64,000 nucleotides of DNA from Gemmatimonadota bacterium. GTDB lineage: Bacteria; Gemmatimonadota; Gemmatimonadetes; Palauibacterales; KS3-K002. Location of the stretch: assembly GCA_039586755.1 (NCBI GenBank), contig JBDHJU010000029.1, positions 3,007 through 67,006 of the forward strand, in the 5' to 3' direction. Positions 46,641 through 59,788 of the stretch are shown piece by piece. The notes beneath the pieces were generated by a model. It was not told where the DNA came from. It saw nothing but the letters and a program-made list of their open reading frames with translations, and made no database searches. Positions within the stretch are counted from its first letter, which is position 1. Each line of letters opens with the position of its first letter. The position numbers and the translations under genes are program-made.

Positions 46641-46649
46641 AACCCAGAC

Positions 46650-48172
<1,523 letters not shown>

Positions 48173-48176
<4 letters not shown>

Positions 48177-49165
48177 AGATCCTCGCCGGTGACATTGGAG
48201 GAACCAACGCCAGGCTGACCGTCTACGACGTGCAACTGACCCACTACCAGACGCTCGTCGCCGAGACATTTCCCAGCCGCGAATACGGCACGCTGGAAGA
48301 GATCGTCTCGGGGTTCATGACGGGCCACGGCATCGCGTGCCAGCGCGCCTGCTTCGGCGTGCCGGGACCCGTCAAGGACGGCCGGGCGCAGACGACGAAC
48401 CTGCCCTGGCTGGTCGAGACCTCGAAGCTCGCCGGCGCCGCCCAGGTCGAGGCCCTCGCATTGATCAACGACCTGAAAGCGCAGGCCTACGGCATCGCCG
48501 TGCTCGGGCCGCAGGACCTCGAGGTGCTCAACCGGGGCAGCGAGACGGCCAGCGGCAACGCGGCTCTCATCGCCGCGGGCACCGGCCTCGGTCAGGCGGG
48601 CCTCTACTGGGATGGACAGGCTTATCACCCCTTTGCCACCGAGGGTGGCCACACCTCCTTCGGGCCGACCGGTGAACGGCAGGTCGCCCTGCTCGATTTC
48701 CTCGCCCAGCGCTTCGGCCGCGTAAGCTGGGAGCGCATCGTATCCGGCCCCGGCTTCATGAACATCTTCGAGTTCCTGCTCGAGTACCGGGACGCTACAA
48801 AGCCTGCCTGGGTGGACGACGAGGTCGGTGAGGGCGGGGACCCGGCTCCGGTAATCACGAAAGCCGCGTTGGAGGGACGCTGTGAGATCTGCGTCGAGAC
48901 CCTCGAGCTTTTCGTCGAGCTGTATGGTGCCGAGGCCGGAAACCTCGCCCTCAAGATGCTGGCAAGCGGCGGCTTGTTCGTCGGCGGTGGCATCGCGCCC
49001 AAGATCATCGATGCGCTGAGAGAACCGCCGTTCATGAACGCGTTCCTCGACAAGGGTCGCATGCGACCGCTGCTCGAGGCGACGCCGGTCCGCGTGATCA
49101 TGAACAAAAGTACCGCGCTTCTGGGCGCCGCCCGCTACGCGGCCAGCCTCGGAGCAGCAGCGTAG
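48173..49165 (+). CDS. glk: Glucokinase (ROK-like/Glk family)
   Basis: [20 protein letters not shown].... The ATG overlaps the zwf stop as ATGA. Length about 330 aa. Confidence 0.85.
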
Positions 49166-49181
49166 CGAGGGCAGCGACGAC

Positions 49182-50186
49182 ATGTCAGATCAGGCGGTCG
49201 ATCTAGGCCGCAGACTCCAGGAACAGCGTCGCCAGGCCGGTGGAGGGGTCGGCGAGCTTCCAGCTCTTATCCTCGAGATGGGTCTTGCCGCGAAGATCCT
49301 GACTCGCGAGATCCGCAGGGCCGCCCTGGTCGGAAACCTGGGGCTCGCAGGTGAACAGAACCCGAGCGGCGACACGCAGAAGAAACTGGACGTCTACTCG
49401 AACGAGGTCGTGGTCAAGGCGTTCACCGATACGGGCCTGGTTGCCGCAATCGTATCCGAAGAGATGGAAGAGCTGCGCACGATCAGCTGCAACGATGAGG
49501 CCGAGTATCTGTTGTGCGTCGATCCGCTCGACGGTTCATCGAACACCGATATCAACGGAGCTGTGGGTACGATCTTCAGCTTCTATCGCCGCGGCGTCTC
49601 GGGTGCCTGCATCGATTGCGAGGGCGAGCTACGGGAGGGCGCCGAGCTGGTTGCGGCGGGCTACGTGCTTTACGGGCCGAGCACCGTTCTCGTCTACAGC
49701 ATGGGTGACGCGGTCGATGCGTTCACACTCGATGACGATGTCGGTGAGTTTCTTCTCTCGCATGCGAAGGTTCGCTGCCCGGATCGCGGCTCGTACTACA
49801 GCGCCAACTTGGGCCGCTACCACGGCTGGGATCAAAACATCCGTGCCTATGCCGACCACGTGATCGAGCCCGACCCGGCGAGCGGCAGGCCGTACTCGTT
49901 GCGCTACAGCGGCGCGCTGGCCGCCGACCTACATCGGGTCCTCCTCGAGGGCGGGATCTATCTCTACCCGGCTGATGAAGACTACCCCGAAGGCAAGTTG
50001 CGCCTGCTCTACGAGTGTGCGCCCCTCGCCTTTGTCGTCGAGGCGGCTGGTGGACGAGCCAGCACCGGTCGTGGGCGCGTACTCGACCTGCGGGCCGATT
50101 CGCTACACCAGCGCGCCCCGCTGGCCATCGGCAGTAGCGATGAGGTGGCGACCTTCGAACGCTTCGTAGCGACGCGTGGGCGCTGA
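49182..50186 (+). CDS. fbp: Fructose-1,6-bisphosphatase class I
   Basis: ...LLCVDPLDGSSNTDINGAVGTIFSF... and GELREGAELVAAGYVLYGPSTVLVY are FBPase class I signatures. Confidence 0.9.
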   Translation: MSDQAVDLGRRLQEQRRQAGGGVGELPALILEMGLAAKILTREIRRAALVGNLGLAGEQNPSGDTQKKLDVYSNEVVVKAFTDTGLVAAIVSEEMEELRTISCNDEAEYLLCVDPLDGSSNTDINGAVGTIFSFYRRGVSGACIDCEGELREGAELVAAGYVLYGPSTVLVYSMGDAVDAFTLDDDVGEFLLSHAKVRCPDRGSYYSANLGRYHGWDQNIRAYADHVIEPDPASGRPYSLRYSGALAADLHRVLLEGGIYLYPADEDYPEGKLRLLYECAPLAFVVEAAGGRASTGRGRVLDLRADSLHQRAPLAIGSSDEVATFERFVATRGR

Positions 50187-50187
50187 C

Positions 50188-50931
50188 GTGGCGATTCGCA
50201 TCTTCGATAGCCCCGATCTAGTGGCCGAGGCTGCCGCCGACGTCTTCGTGGCTCGGGCGAGGCAGGCGGTCGAGTCGGGGGTGGCACTACATGTCGCGCT
50301 CTCGGGTGGTTCCACCCCGCTGCGGCTCTTCAAGCTGCTTGCCGCCGTGCCCTACCGCGATGCGGTCCCCTGGGACCGGGTTCACTTCTTCTGGGGCGAT
50401 GAGCGGACCGTTCCGCCGGACCATCCCGACAGCAACTTCGGGGCGGCAAACGAGGCGCTGCTCTCGAAGCTCGAGCTACCTGAAGCGAATGTGCACCGGA
50501 TCCACGGCGAGCATCGCGATCCGCAAGAGGCTGCCGCCGACTACGAGGCGGAGCTGCGACGCCACTTCGGGCTGGCGGATGGCGAGTTTCCCCGCTTCGA
50601 TCTCGTCTTCCTTGGGATGGGCGCCGACGGGCATACGGCCTCGCTCTTCCCGGGAACTGAGGTGCTGGAAGAGCGCCGGCGCCTGGCCGTCGCCCAGTGG
50701 CTCGAGACGATGAGCGCCCAACGTATCACCCTGACTTGCCCTGTCTTCAACAACGCTGCATGTATACTGTTGCTGGTGACGGGCGGGGAGAAAGCGGAGA
50801 CGCTGCGCGAGGTGCTGGAAGGCGCGACAGACCCGCCCCGTTACCCCGTCCAGCTGATCCGCCCCGAGGGCGGGGAACTTAACTGGTATATCGATGAGTC
50901 GGCGGGTCGGCTGCTCGGCCGGGAGCCTTAG
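50188..50931 (+). CDS. pgl: 6-phosphogluconolactonase
   Basis: VAIRIFDSPDLVAEAAADVFVARARQAVESGVALHVALSGGSTPLRLFKLLA...VHFFWGDERTVPPDHPDSNF. The GTG start lies immediately after the fbp stop. The ORF track's alternative start is 50176. Confidence 0.85.
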   Translation: MAIRIFDSPDLVAEAAADVFVARARQAVESGVALHVALSGGSTPLRLFKLLAAVPYRDAVPWDRVHFFWGDERTVPPDHPDSNFGAANEALLSKLELPEANVHRIHGEHRDPQEAAADYEAELRRHFGLADGEFPRFDLVFLGMGADGHTASLFPGTEVLEERRRLAVAQWLETMSAQRITLTCPVFNNAACILLLVTGGEKAETLREVLEGATDPPRYPVQLIRPEGGELNWYIDESAGRLLGREP

Positions 50932-50976
50932 TACCGGCCCAGCGACCCGACTGAACCTGAAGGGAGAAGGAGAATC

Positions 50977-52053
<1,077 letters not shown>

Positions 52054-52063
52054 GGGCTCTACG

Positions 52064-52309
52064 CTAGGAGCCGGGTTCCGGTAGAGGAACGCACTTGTAG
52101 CGCACTTCATTGGCCACCTGGTAGCCAATACAGTAGAGCCCCGTACAGCAAGCGGGGTCGTTCCCTCCGCACTTGCCCTCTAACTCAACGCAGATGGGCT
52201 CCTCGGGGTCCGTGCATCCCGGCGTGGTGGACGGTATGGCGGCTACCCCGACGATCAGAAGTATCCGGACAATCTTCTTCCCGAGCTTTCTTATCACCGT
52301 TCGCGGCAC
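52064..52309 (-). CDS. Small secreted cysteine-rich peptide with knottin (inhibitor-cystine-knot)-like Cys spacing
   Basis: GTG start. Signal/lipobox-like N-terminus RKLGKKIVRILLIVGVAAIPSTTPGC. Mature region is TDPEEPICVELEGKCGGNDPACCTGLYCIGYQVANEVRYKCVPLPEPGS, with spacing C-x6-C-x6-CC-x4-C-x12-C. No strong RBS was seen. Confidence 0.45.
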   Translation of the reverse strand: MPRTVIRKLGKKIVRILLIVGVAAIPSTTPGCTDPEEPICVELEGKCGGNDPACCTGLYCIGYQVANEVRYKCVPLPEPGS

Positions 52310-52387
52310 CAGTAAGGGTCGGGGCGCTCAGAAGATGCGGCCTGCGGGTGTCGTCGGCAATATGCTTGGCGCCTAGAATATTCCCTT

Positions 52388-53278
52388 CTAGTCCACCTCC
52401 AGCTCCTCCAGCGTCCGCGGCCAATCATCTTTCAGCAATCGCGACAGCGCTCGGTCGCGCAGCAGTCTCCCCTCCGTCTGGCAGCCTGCACAGTAGTTCG
52501 TCTCGTTCGCCGCGTAGACGATCCGTTGGATCGGCGAGCCGCAATGTGGGCACGGCTGCCCGTACTTCCCGTGCACTTTCATCGCCGGGTGGAACGCGGT
52601 CACCTTCTCCGGGAACCCGTCACCGACCTCCGAGCGCAGCCGTTCTGTCCACTCTCGCAGCGTCTCGCGGACCGCGCTGTGCAGCCGAGTCAATTCATCC
52701 TCGCTCAGTTGCTGCGTCCGTTTGACCGGCGAGAGCCGCGCCACCAGCAGGATCTCGTCGGAGTGGGCGTTGCCGATCCCACTGAGGATTCGCTGGTCGG
52801 TCAGCGCGCGTTTGAGTGAGCGATTATCGTGCACGAGTGCGGCTCGAAACTCCTCGAGCGAGGCCTCCAGTGGGTCGATGCCCCCGCGCTCGAAGGCCGC
52901 AAGGGACGCGGCGCCTTGCACCAGATGCAGCGATGCTCGCTTCGCCTTCGCAGCCTCCGTCAGCAGCAGCGAGCCGTCTTCGAAGTCGAACGCGGCGTGT
53001 CCCGCCCTTTTCGGAACCGCCACCCCTCTCTCACGCCAACGGAGTCGGCCGGTGATCATCAGGTGAAAAACAAGGTAGAGTTCGCCGTCCAACTCCCAGA
53101 CGATCCGCTTGGCCATCCTGCGCAGGCCTCGAACGCGCTTGCCCTCGGCCAGCGAGATGGGGGGATCGAAAGTCTTGAGGAGAGATGGCGAGTGAAGCCT
53201 AACTCGCTCCAGCGTCGCGCCGCGGATCCGGCGCTCCAGCGCCTCGACGTAAACCGCGACTTCGGGCAGTTCCGGCAT
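52388..53278 (-). CDS. Fpg/Nei-family DNA glycosylase (formamidopyrimidine-DNA glycosylase or endonuclease VIII)
   Basis: N-terminus MPELPEVAVYVEALERRIRGATL (catalytic Pro2/Glu3). H2TH region. C-terminal zinc finger CPHCGSPIQRIVYAANETNYCAGCQ. Confidence 0.85.
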   Translation of the reverse strand: MPELPEVAVYVEALERRIRGATLERVRLHSPSLLKTFDPPISLAEGKRVRGLRRMAKRIVWELDGELYLVFHLMITGRLRWRERGVAVPKRAGHAAFDFEDGSLLLTEAAKAKRASLHLVQGAASLAAFERGGIDPLEASLEEFRAALVHDNRSLKRALTDQRILSGIGNAHSDEILLVARLSPVKRTQQLSEDELTRLHSAVRETLREWTERLRSEVGDGFPEKVTAFHPAMKVHGKYGQPCPHCGSPIQRIVYAANETNYCAGCQTEGRLLRDRALSRLLKDDWPRTLEELEVD

Positions 53279-53293
53279 GCCAGCAGGCGACCC

Positions 53294-55132
53294 TTAGTCG
53301 TGCGCTCCCAACGCCCGGTCCAGGTTGAACGCCGCGCTGATCAGGCTGATATGAGTGAACGCCTGGGGGAAGTTGCCCAGCGCCTCGCCCTGCGGACCGG
53401 TTTCTTCGGCGTAAAGCCCCAGGTGGTTCGCGTAGCCCAGCATCTCCTCGAACATTAGCCGGGCGTCGCGAAGCCGGGTCGGGTCGCGCCGGCCGGCGCG
53501 GGCCAGCGCTTCGACCAGCCAGAAGGTGCACATATTGAACGAGCCTTCCTCGCCTTCCAGGCCGTCTTCGGTCTCGTAAACGTTGTAGCGGAAGACCAGG
53601 TTGTTCTCGAGCAATCCGCCTTCTGCCGGTGGTCGGACCGTGGCGTCGATCGTACTCAGCATGCGCGGGTCGTTCGGCGAGATGAAGAAGACCAGCGGCA
53701 TGATCAGGTTCGAGGCGTCGAGCGAGTCGCTACCGTAATGCTGGACGAACGCCTGGCGCTTGTCGCTCCACCCGCTATCGAAAATCTCCTCGTAGATCTG
53801 ATCACGGATCGTGAGCCAGCGCATACGGTCGGCGGGCAGCGACCGCTTGTCCGCCAGCCGGATGGCGCGGTCGAGAGCGACCCAGCACATGAGCTTCGAG
53901 TAGACGAAATGCTGGCGCGGGCCTCGCACCTCCCAGATCCCCTCGTCTTCCGTCTGCCAATTTTCGCAGACCCAATCGACCATGCGGCGCAGCCAGACCC
54001 AGCCGTCGTAGGCGACAGGAGCGCCGTACTTGTTGAACAAGTAAACCGAGTCCATCAGCTCGCCGTAGATGTCGAGCTGTAGCTGGTTGTAGGCCCCGTT
54101 GCCTATGCGCACGGGACGCGAGGCCCTGTAGCCTTCCAGGTGATCGAGGGTCTCCTCGACGAGCTCGTGCCGCCCGTCGATACCGTACATGATCTGCAGC
54201 GAACCGTCCGGCTCGGGCTCCTGGATGCGCTGCCGCAAGAACTGTCCGAAGCGAGCCGCCTCCTCCGTGAATCCTACCCTGATGAAGGCGTAGAGCGTGA
54301 AGGCGGCATCTCGAATCCACGTATAGCGATAATCCCAGTTGCGCACGCCGCCGATATCCTCGGGAAGGCTGCAGGTTGGGGACGCGACGATCGCACCCGT
54401 GGGCTCGTACGTCATCAGCTTCAGAGCGAGCACCGAGCGGTGTACCGCTTCGCGCCAGCGGCCGGTGTACGTGCACTTGTTCAGCCAGTGTCGCCACCAT
54501 TCCACCGTGCCGTTGAACAGCTCGAACTCTTCTTCGCGAGACAGCCCCTGGCCACAGCCGGCCCCGCCCTCGATTTCGCGTAGTACGAAGATCGCCGTCT
54601 GGCCACGTTCGAGGGAGAACTCGGCCCTGACTCCCGTACCGTCCTTTGTCAGTTCGATGTCGGTGACGAGCCCCAGGTTCAGCCCCGGCCCCCGGAAGCA
54701 GGCGCCTTCGGGGCTCACTTCCAGCGAGTGCTCGTCCCGGGCGTAGTTGAATGCCGGTTTGCACTCCATGCCGAAGGCCATCGAACCGCGTACGACCTGT
54801 ACGCGCCGCACCAACCAGTGGCTACCCCGATCACCGTGCGGGACACCAACCGGCATATAGTCGACTATTTGGCCCACACCGTCCGTCGACAGGAAGCGCG
54901 TGACCAGTACATTCGTATCGGGCCAGTAATACTGCTTGGTGGTGACATTCGTGACATCACGCGGGCAGATCTTGAAATGGCCGCCCTTCTTCTCGTCGAG
55001 GATCGCCGCGAAGACGCTCGGCGAGTCGAAGTGTGGATAGCAGAACCAGTCGATCGATCCGTCCATCCCGACCAGCGCCGCGCTGTGCATGTCGCCGATG
55101 ACGCCGTAATCCTCGATGGGCTTGTATGCCAT
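53294..55132 (-). CDS. Glycoside hydrolase family 15 (glucoamylase/trehalase-like)
   Basis: [46 protein letters not shown] is the conserved GH15 N-terminus. The (alpha/alpha)6 catalytic region has ...[27 protein letters not shown] 55130-55132 was chosen over the ORF track's 55321. Confidence 0.85.
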   Translation of the reverse strand: MAYKPIEDYGVIGDMHSAALVGMDGSIDWFCYPHFDSPSVFAAILDEKKGGHFKICPRDVTNVTTKQYYWPDTNVLVTRFLSTDGVGQIVDYMPVGVPHGDRGSHWLVRRVQVVRGSMAFGMECKPAFNYARDEHSLEVSPEGACFRGPGLNLGLVTDIELTKDGTGVRAEFSLERGQTAIFVLREIEGGAGCGQGLSREEEFELFNGTVEWWRHWLNKCTYTGRWREAVHRSVLALKLMTYEPTGAIVASPTCSLPEDIGGVRNWDYRYTWIRDAAFTLYAFIRVGFTEEAARFGQFLRQRIQEPEPDGSLQIMYGIDGRHELVEETLDHLEGYRASRPVRIGNGAYNQLQLDIYGELMDSVYLFNKYGAPVAYDGWVWLRRMVDWVCENWQTEDEGIWEVRGPRQHFVYSKLMCWVALDRAIRLADKRSLPADRMRWLTIRDQIYEEIFDSGWSDKRQAFVQHYGSDSLDASNLIMPLVFFISPNDPRMLSTIDATVRPPAEGGLLENNLVFRYNVYETEDGLEGEEGSFNMCTFWLVEALARAGRRDPTRLRDARLMFEEMLGYANHLGLYAEETGPQGEALGNFPQAFTHISLISAAFNLDRALGAHD

Positions 55133-55235
55133 ATCCTTGTCCTCGAGCCTCGTCCTTGAGAGGACTGCCAATATCGCCCCGCCCCCCGCGGCGTCAACCT
55201 CGGGGGCGGGGGCAAAGTTCCCTTCTATAGAGCCT

Positions 55236-56819
55236 CTATTTGCTGTCCTTGAGGATCTCTCGGGCGGCATTGTACCCTGGAGCGCCGGTGACGCCGCCCC
55301 CCGGGTGCGTGCCCGCGCCACACAGATACAGGCCCTCGACTGGTGAGCGGTAGCGTGCCCAGCCGGGCACCGGCCGCATGAAGAAGAGCTGGTCGAGTGT
55401 CATCTCGCCGTGGTAGATGTTTCCTTCCGTCAGCCCGAAGACAGCCTCGAGGTCCAGCGGGGTCAACACCTGCCGGTGAAGGATCGCCGACTCGATGTTC
55501 GGCGCGTAGCCGGCGAGAGTCTTCACGACCAGCTCACCCAGGGCTTCGCGCTTCGCGTCGTCCCACTCGCCGTCCTTCAGATTGTAGGGGGCGTACTGGA
55601 CCAGGATCGACATCACGTGCTGACCGTCGGGCGCTAGACTCGGGTCGGTAAGCGAGGGGATGATCGCCTCGAGGTACGGCTCGCGTGAGGGCTCGCCGTA
55701 TTTTGCGTCGTCGAAGGCACGCTCCAGATACTTGAGGCTGGGGCTGATGGAGATCAGGCCGCCCAGATGTGGTCCGTCGCCCGGCAGACAACTGAAATCG
55801 GGAAGTTCGCCCAGCGCCAAGTTAACTCTGGCGACGACGCCCTTGAACTTGATGTTGCGCACGCGGCGTACGAAGTCGGGGTCCAGATTGAACGGGTCCA
55901 GCAGCCCGCAGAAGGTCCGGCTGGGGTCGGCGTTGGAGATGACATGTCGCCCTGCGATCTCCTCACCGTCTACCAAGGCAACGCCGGTCGCCGCCCCGGC
56001 TTCGGCCACAATCCGCTCCACCCAGGCGTTCGTCCTTATCTCGACCCCGGCGCTGCGGGCGGCACTCTCCAGTGCCCGCGTCAGGCCGCCCAGGCCGCCG
56101 CGCGCGCGCAGCGGGGCGCGCAGGACGCCCTGCTTGGCTCCGACGTGATGGTGCAAGAAGAGGAAGGCGGTCCCTGCCGCCATCGGTCCCTGGAGGATTC
56201 CGGTGATCCCGACCGCGCCCAGTGTGCCCTTCAGCAGGTCGTTCTCGAACCACTCGTCCAGAAGCTCGACCGCGGTCATCGGCAGGACCCGAAGCACCTC
56301 CGTCATGTCCCGTTTGCCCAAACGACGCAGGCGGCCGGCCATCTTTAGCAGCTCCCATACGTCTTTCTTCTTCTTCGAGAGGACGTCTGGGGGGGTCGAG
56401 TAGATCGACTCGAGTAACCCGGTCGCCTTCGCGACCAGAGCGGCAAAGCCGTTCCAGCGCTTGGCGTCTTTCTCTGAGAGCTGCCCGATCGAATCGACCG
56501 TGACCTCTGGCGTCCGCCAAAGGAGCAGGTGGTCGCCGTTCTGACCAGGCGAGAAGACGGCAGGGTCGAGCGGCAGCAGTTCCAGTCCGTGCTTGGCTAG
56601 CTGCAGGTCGCTCAGCACCGTGGGGTGTAAGCGGTTTATGGAATGGGCCCCCGTGTCGAACTTGAAGCCCGGGAACACCTCCTCGGTCACCGCTGCGCCA
56701 CCGACCATCTCGCGCCGTTCGAGGACGAGAACCTTGAGTCCGGCTTTGGCCAGGTAGGTGGCGGTGACGAGGCCATTGTGCCCGGCACCGATAACGATGG
56801 CGTCGTATTGGTCGTTCAT
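55236..56819 (-). CDS. Phytoene desaturase (CrtI)-family FAD-dependent oxidoreductase, paralog 1
   Basis: [54 protein letters not shown] has the dinucleotide-binding motif. Full length about 527 aa, CrtI/CrtD-like. Confidence 0.8.
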   Translation of the reverse strand: MNDQYDAIVIGAGHNGLVTATYLAKAGLKVLVLERREMVGGAAVTEEVFPGFKFDTGAHSINRLHPTVLSDLQLAKHGLELLPLDPAVFSPGQNGDHLLLWRTPEVTVDSIGQLSEKDAKRWNGFAALVAKATGLLESIYSTPPDVLSKKKKDVWELLKMAGRLRRLGKRDMTEVLRVLPMTAVELLDEWFENDLLKGTLGAVGITGILQGPMAAGTAFLFLHHHVGAKQGVLRAPLRARGGLGGLTRALESAARSAGVEIRTNAWVERIVAEAGAATGVALVDGEEIAGRHVISNADPSRTFCGLLDPFNLDPDFVRRVRNIKFKGVVARVNLALGELPDFSCLPGDGPHLGGLISISPSLKYLERAFDDAKYGEPSREPYLEAIIPSLTDPSLAPDGQHVMSILVQYAPYNLKDGEWDDAKREALGELVVKTLAGYAPNIESAILHRQVLTPLDLEAVFGLTEGNIYHGEMTLDQLFFMRPVPGWARYRSPVEGLYLCGAGTHPGGGVTGAPGYNAAREILKDSK

Positions 56820-56821
56820 CG

Positions 56822-58402
56822 TTACCAGTCCTTCAGGATTTCCAGTGCCGCGAGTCGGCCGGAGGCGCCCGTGATCCCGCCACCCGGATGAGTTCCCGAT
56901 CCGCACTGATAGAGGTTCTTGAGCGGCGTCCGGTAGTCCGCCCACGGGTGAGTCGGTCGCATGAAGAACAGCTGATTCAACGAAAGCTCGCCGTGGAAGA
57001 TGTTCCCCTGGGTGAGCCCGTACGTCTCCTGCATATCCCACGGCGTTACGACGTGGCGGTGAATGATGGCGTTCTTCAGGTTCGGCGCGAACTGTGAGAC
57101 CGTATCGACGACGGCGTCACCGAACGCCTCGCGTTGCTCGTCGTTCCATCCGCCGTTCAGCTCGAACGGCGCCCACTGGCAGAAGATCGACATCACGTGC
57201 TTGCCCGGTGGCGCCATTCCCGGATCTATCATCGACGGGATGATGATGTCCATGTACGGGTTTCTCGAGAAGTTACCGTACTTGGCGTCATCGTAGGCGC
57301 GTTCCATATAATCGAGGCTTGGACTTATCGAGATCGCGCCGCGAAGATGCGGCCCCTTACCCGGCAGGCACGTGAGGTTCGGAAGTTCGCCCAGCGCTAG
57401 GTTCACCTTGCCGGACGACCCACGGATCTTGAAGCGACGAATCGCATCTAGGAAATCGCTCGGCAAGTGCTGTTCCTCGACCAGTTTCAAGAAGGTGAGC
57501 TTCGGATCGACGCCGGTCACGACGACACGTCCGTAGATCTCCTCACCGCTCTCCAGCGCCACACCAACGGCCTTCTCGTTCTTGACGATCACCTGCTCGA
57601 CGCTGGCCTCGGTGCGGATCTCCGCGCCCAGCTCTCTGGCCGACGAAGCGATCGATTCGCTCACCGCACCGGTGCCGCCTTTGGCGAACCCCCAGGCTCT
57701 GAACACCCCATCGATCTCGCCCATGTAGTGGTGCAGCAGCACGTATGCCGTGCCCGGTGAGCGGACACCGAGGAAAGTGCCGATGATGCCGCTGGCCGAC
57801 ATCGTGGCCTTGAGCGGCTCGGTTTCGAACCACTCGTCCAGGAAGTCGGCGGCGCTCATCGTCATCAGCTTGCAGAGCGCGTAGAACTGTTCGGGCGGTA
57901 GGCCGAGAAAGTGCTTGCCGAAGTCGAGCAGGCCTAGCAGGTCGCGCGGGCGCAGTGACGTGGGGTTGGGGGGAACGACGTCTAGTATGTGCTTCATCGC
58001 GAAGGCGAGGTGATACATCAGCTTGCCGAAGTCATCGTAGGCTTCGGCGTCCTTCGGAGAGTGGCGATAAAGCTGGCGCCGAGTCTCGTCGTGGTCGGCC
58101 CCGCGCATCAGGTACTCGCCGTTCGGCAGCGGTGTCAGCGTGCTTTCCAGCGGCAAGAGCTCCAGTCCGTGGCGCGCCAACTCGAGGTCGCGGATGATGT
58201 CGGGCCGCAGCAGGCTTACCACGTATGAGAGGGCCGAGAACTTGAATCCTGGAAAGATCTCCTCGGTGACGGCCGAGCCGCCTACGAGATGGCGCCTCTC
58301 GAGTACGACAACGCGCTTGCCGGCCCGCGCTAGATACGCGGCGGTAACCAGTCCGTTGTGGCCGCCGCCGATGATCACGGCGTCGTAACGCTTCGTTCCC
58401 AT
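56822..58402 (-). CDS. Phytoene desaturase (CrtI)-family FAD-dependent oxidoreductase, paralog 2
   Basis: [55 protein letters not shown], with a GGAG RBS. About 50% identical to the downstream paralog throughout. Confidence 0.8.
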   Translation of the reverse strand: MGTKRYDAVIIGGGHNGLVTAAYLARAGKRVVVLERRHLVGGSAVTEEIFPGFKFSALSYVVSLLRPDIIRDLELARHGLELLPLESTLTPLPNGEYLMRGADHDETRRQLYRHSPKDAEAYDDFGKLMYHLAFAMKHILDVVPPNPTSLRPRDLLGLLDFGKHFLGLPPEQFYALCKLMTMSAADFLDEWFETEPLKATMSASGIIGTFLGVRSPGTAYVLLHHYMGEIDGVFRAWGFAKGGTGAVSESIASSARELGAEIRTEASVEQVIVKNEKAVGVALESGEEIYGRVVVTGVDPKLTFLKLVEEQHLPSDFLDAIRRFKIRGSSGKVNLALGELPNLTCLPGKGPHLRGAISISPSLDYMERAYDDAKYGNFSRNPYMDIIIPSMIDPGMAPPGKHVMSIFCQWAPFELNGGWNDEQREAFGDAVVDTVSQFAPNLKNAIIHRHVVTPWDMQETYGLTQGNIFHGELSLNQLFFMRPTHPWADYRTPLKNLYQCGSGTHPGGGITGASGRLAALEILKDW

Positions 58403-58404
58403 CT

Positions 58405-59592
58405 TCAGCTCCGTTTCCTTTCCGGGTCGAAGAAGGGTAGCTCGACCACGCGTGCGGCTGCCTTCTTGCGCTGGTGTTCTACGGTCACCTCCATCTCGAC
58501 TTGCGTTCCGCGTTCGGTATGGCTCGACTGCAGGTGGGCCAAAGCGATGTACTTCTTCAAGGTCGGCGACCAGCAGCCGCTCGTCGCGTAGCCGACCTGC
58601 TTGCCTCCCGAGTAGACGGGCACGCTGGTCCGCCATGTCATCTGCGGCAGCTCGGCCGGCAGCCCGAACTCCCGGTAGACTTTTTGCAGCGAACCCCGGT
58701 CGATCTCCAGGCCCTTGAATCCCCAGGCCGGACCCCTACGCCACTCGTCGAGAAGGGCGCGCCGCCCTACGAAATGGTCTTTCTCCAGTTTGACGGCCCA
58801 GCCCAGACCCAGCTCGAACGGCGAAGATTTGCGTGACTCGATAAGCGCACGGTTTGCCGGTACGTAATCGACACCGATCAGCAGCAGGCCTGCCTCGACG
58901 CGGGCCATGTCCAGCGCCAGTATCCCGGCCGGCGTGATTCCGTAGGGCTCACCGCCTGCTATCAGCGCGTCCCAGAGTTTAACCGCCTGATCGGCCGCCA
59001 CCCAGATCTCGTAACCCAGGTCGCCGGTGTATCCCGTCCGCGCGATGGTCACCGGGATATCCCTGATCCGGGCGAACGCGAGACGGAAGTACTTCAGGTC
59101 CTCCAGGTCGGCGTCCGACAAGTTCTTCAGTATCTCTCGCGATGTCGGTCCCTGCAGGGCGAGCGCCGCCGTCGAGTCGGTATCGTCCTCGATCGTGACC
59201 CGCAGACCGACCGCGTTATCGCAGAGCCAGCGCAGGTTGGGTTCCGCTGCGGTGAGTCGGAAGCTGTCCTCGCCGAGACGCTGCAGCGTGCCGTCGTCGA
59301 TGACCTTGCCATCCTCGTCGCACCACGGCCCATACATGACCTGATGCACGGCGCACTTCGCTATGTCGCGCGTCAGGACGCGATTGAGGAACCGTTCCGC
59401 GTCCGTTCCGCGGATCAGGTACTTGTACAAGGGGGAGACGTCGATCAGTGCGCTGGCACCGCGGATGGCGAAGTACTCGCGATCGTGGACCAGCTCGTAC
59501 GAGCTGGCCGACAGATAGCCTGCCCAGCGCCGCCAGTTTTGCCCTTCGCAGAGCGGCGCCGTTCGCTCGTGGAATGGTGTGCCTCTGAGCAT
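58405..59592 (-). CDS. Aminomethyltransferase (glycine-cleavage T protein, GcvT) family protein
   Basis: ...RGASALIDVSPLYKYLIRGTDAERFLNRVLTRDIAK...ALQGP...TGYTGDLGYEIW... is the GcvT fold. Confidence 0.8.
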   Translation of the reverse strand: MLRGTPFHERTAPLCEGQNWRRWAGYLSASSYELVHDREYFAIRGASALIDVSPLYKYLIRGTDAERFLNRVLTRDIAKCAVHQVMYGPWCDEDGKVIDDGTLQRLGEDSFRLTAAEPNLRWLCDNAVGLRVTIEDDTDSTAALALQGPTSREILKNLSDADLEDLKYFRLAFARIRDIPVTIARTGYTGDLGYEIWVAADQAVKLWDALIAGGEPYGITPAGILALDMARVEAGLLLIGVDYVPANRALIESRKSSPFELGLGWAVKLEKDHFVGRRALLDEWRRGPAWGFKGLEIDRGSLQKVYREFGLPAELPQMTWRTSVPVYSGGKQVGYATSGCWSPTLKKYIALAHLQSSHTERGTQVEMEVTVEHQRKKAAARVVELPFFDPERKRS

Positions 59593-59788
59593 AGCCGGAG
59601 CGTGTTTTTTCGTTATGAAGTATGTAAGTGGGCTGGGGCCGCGAACAAACTAAGCTTTCGGCCGCGACTGGGAAACCCGGTCGGGGCGGCGCCGACCCGG
59701 CTGTCTCGAGCCGCTCTGGCACGCCCCACGGCCCCTTCCTAACTTGGCGCCAGATAGCGGTTCCGGCCCTCATTAATCGTAAGAAGCC

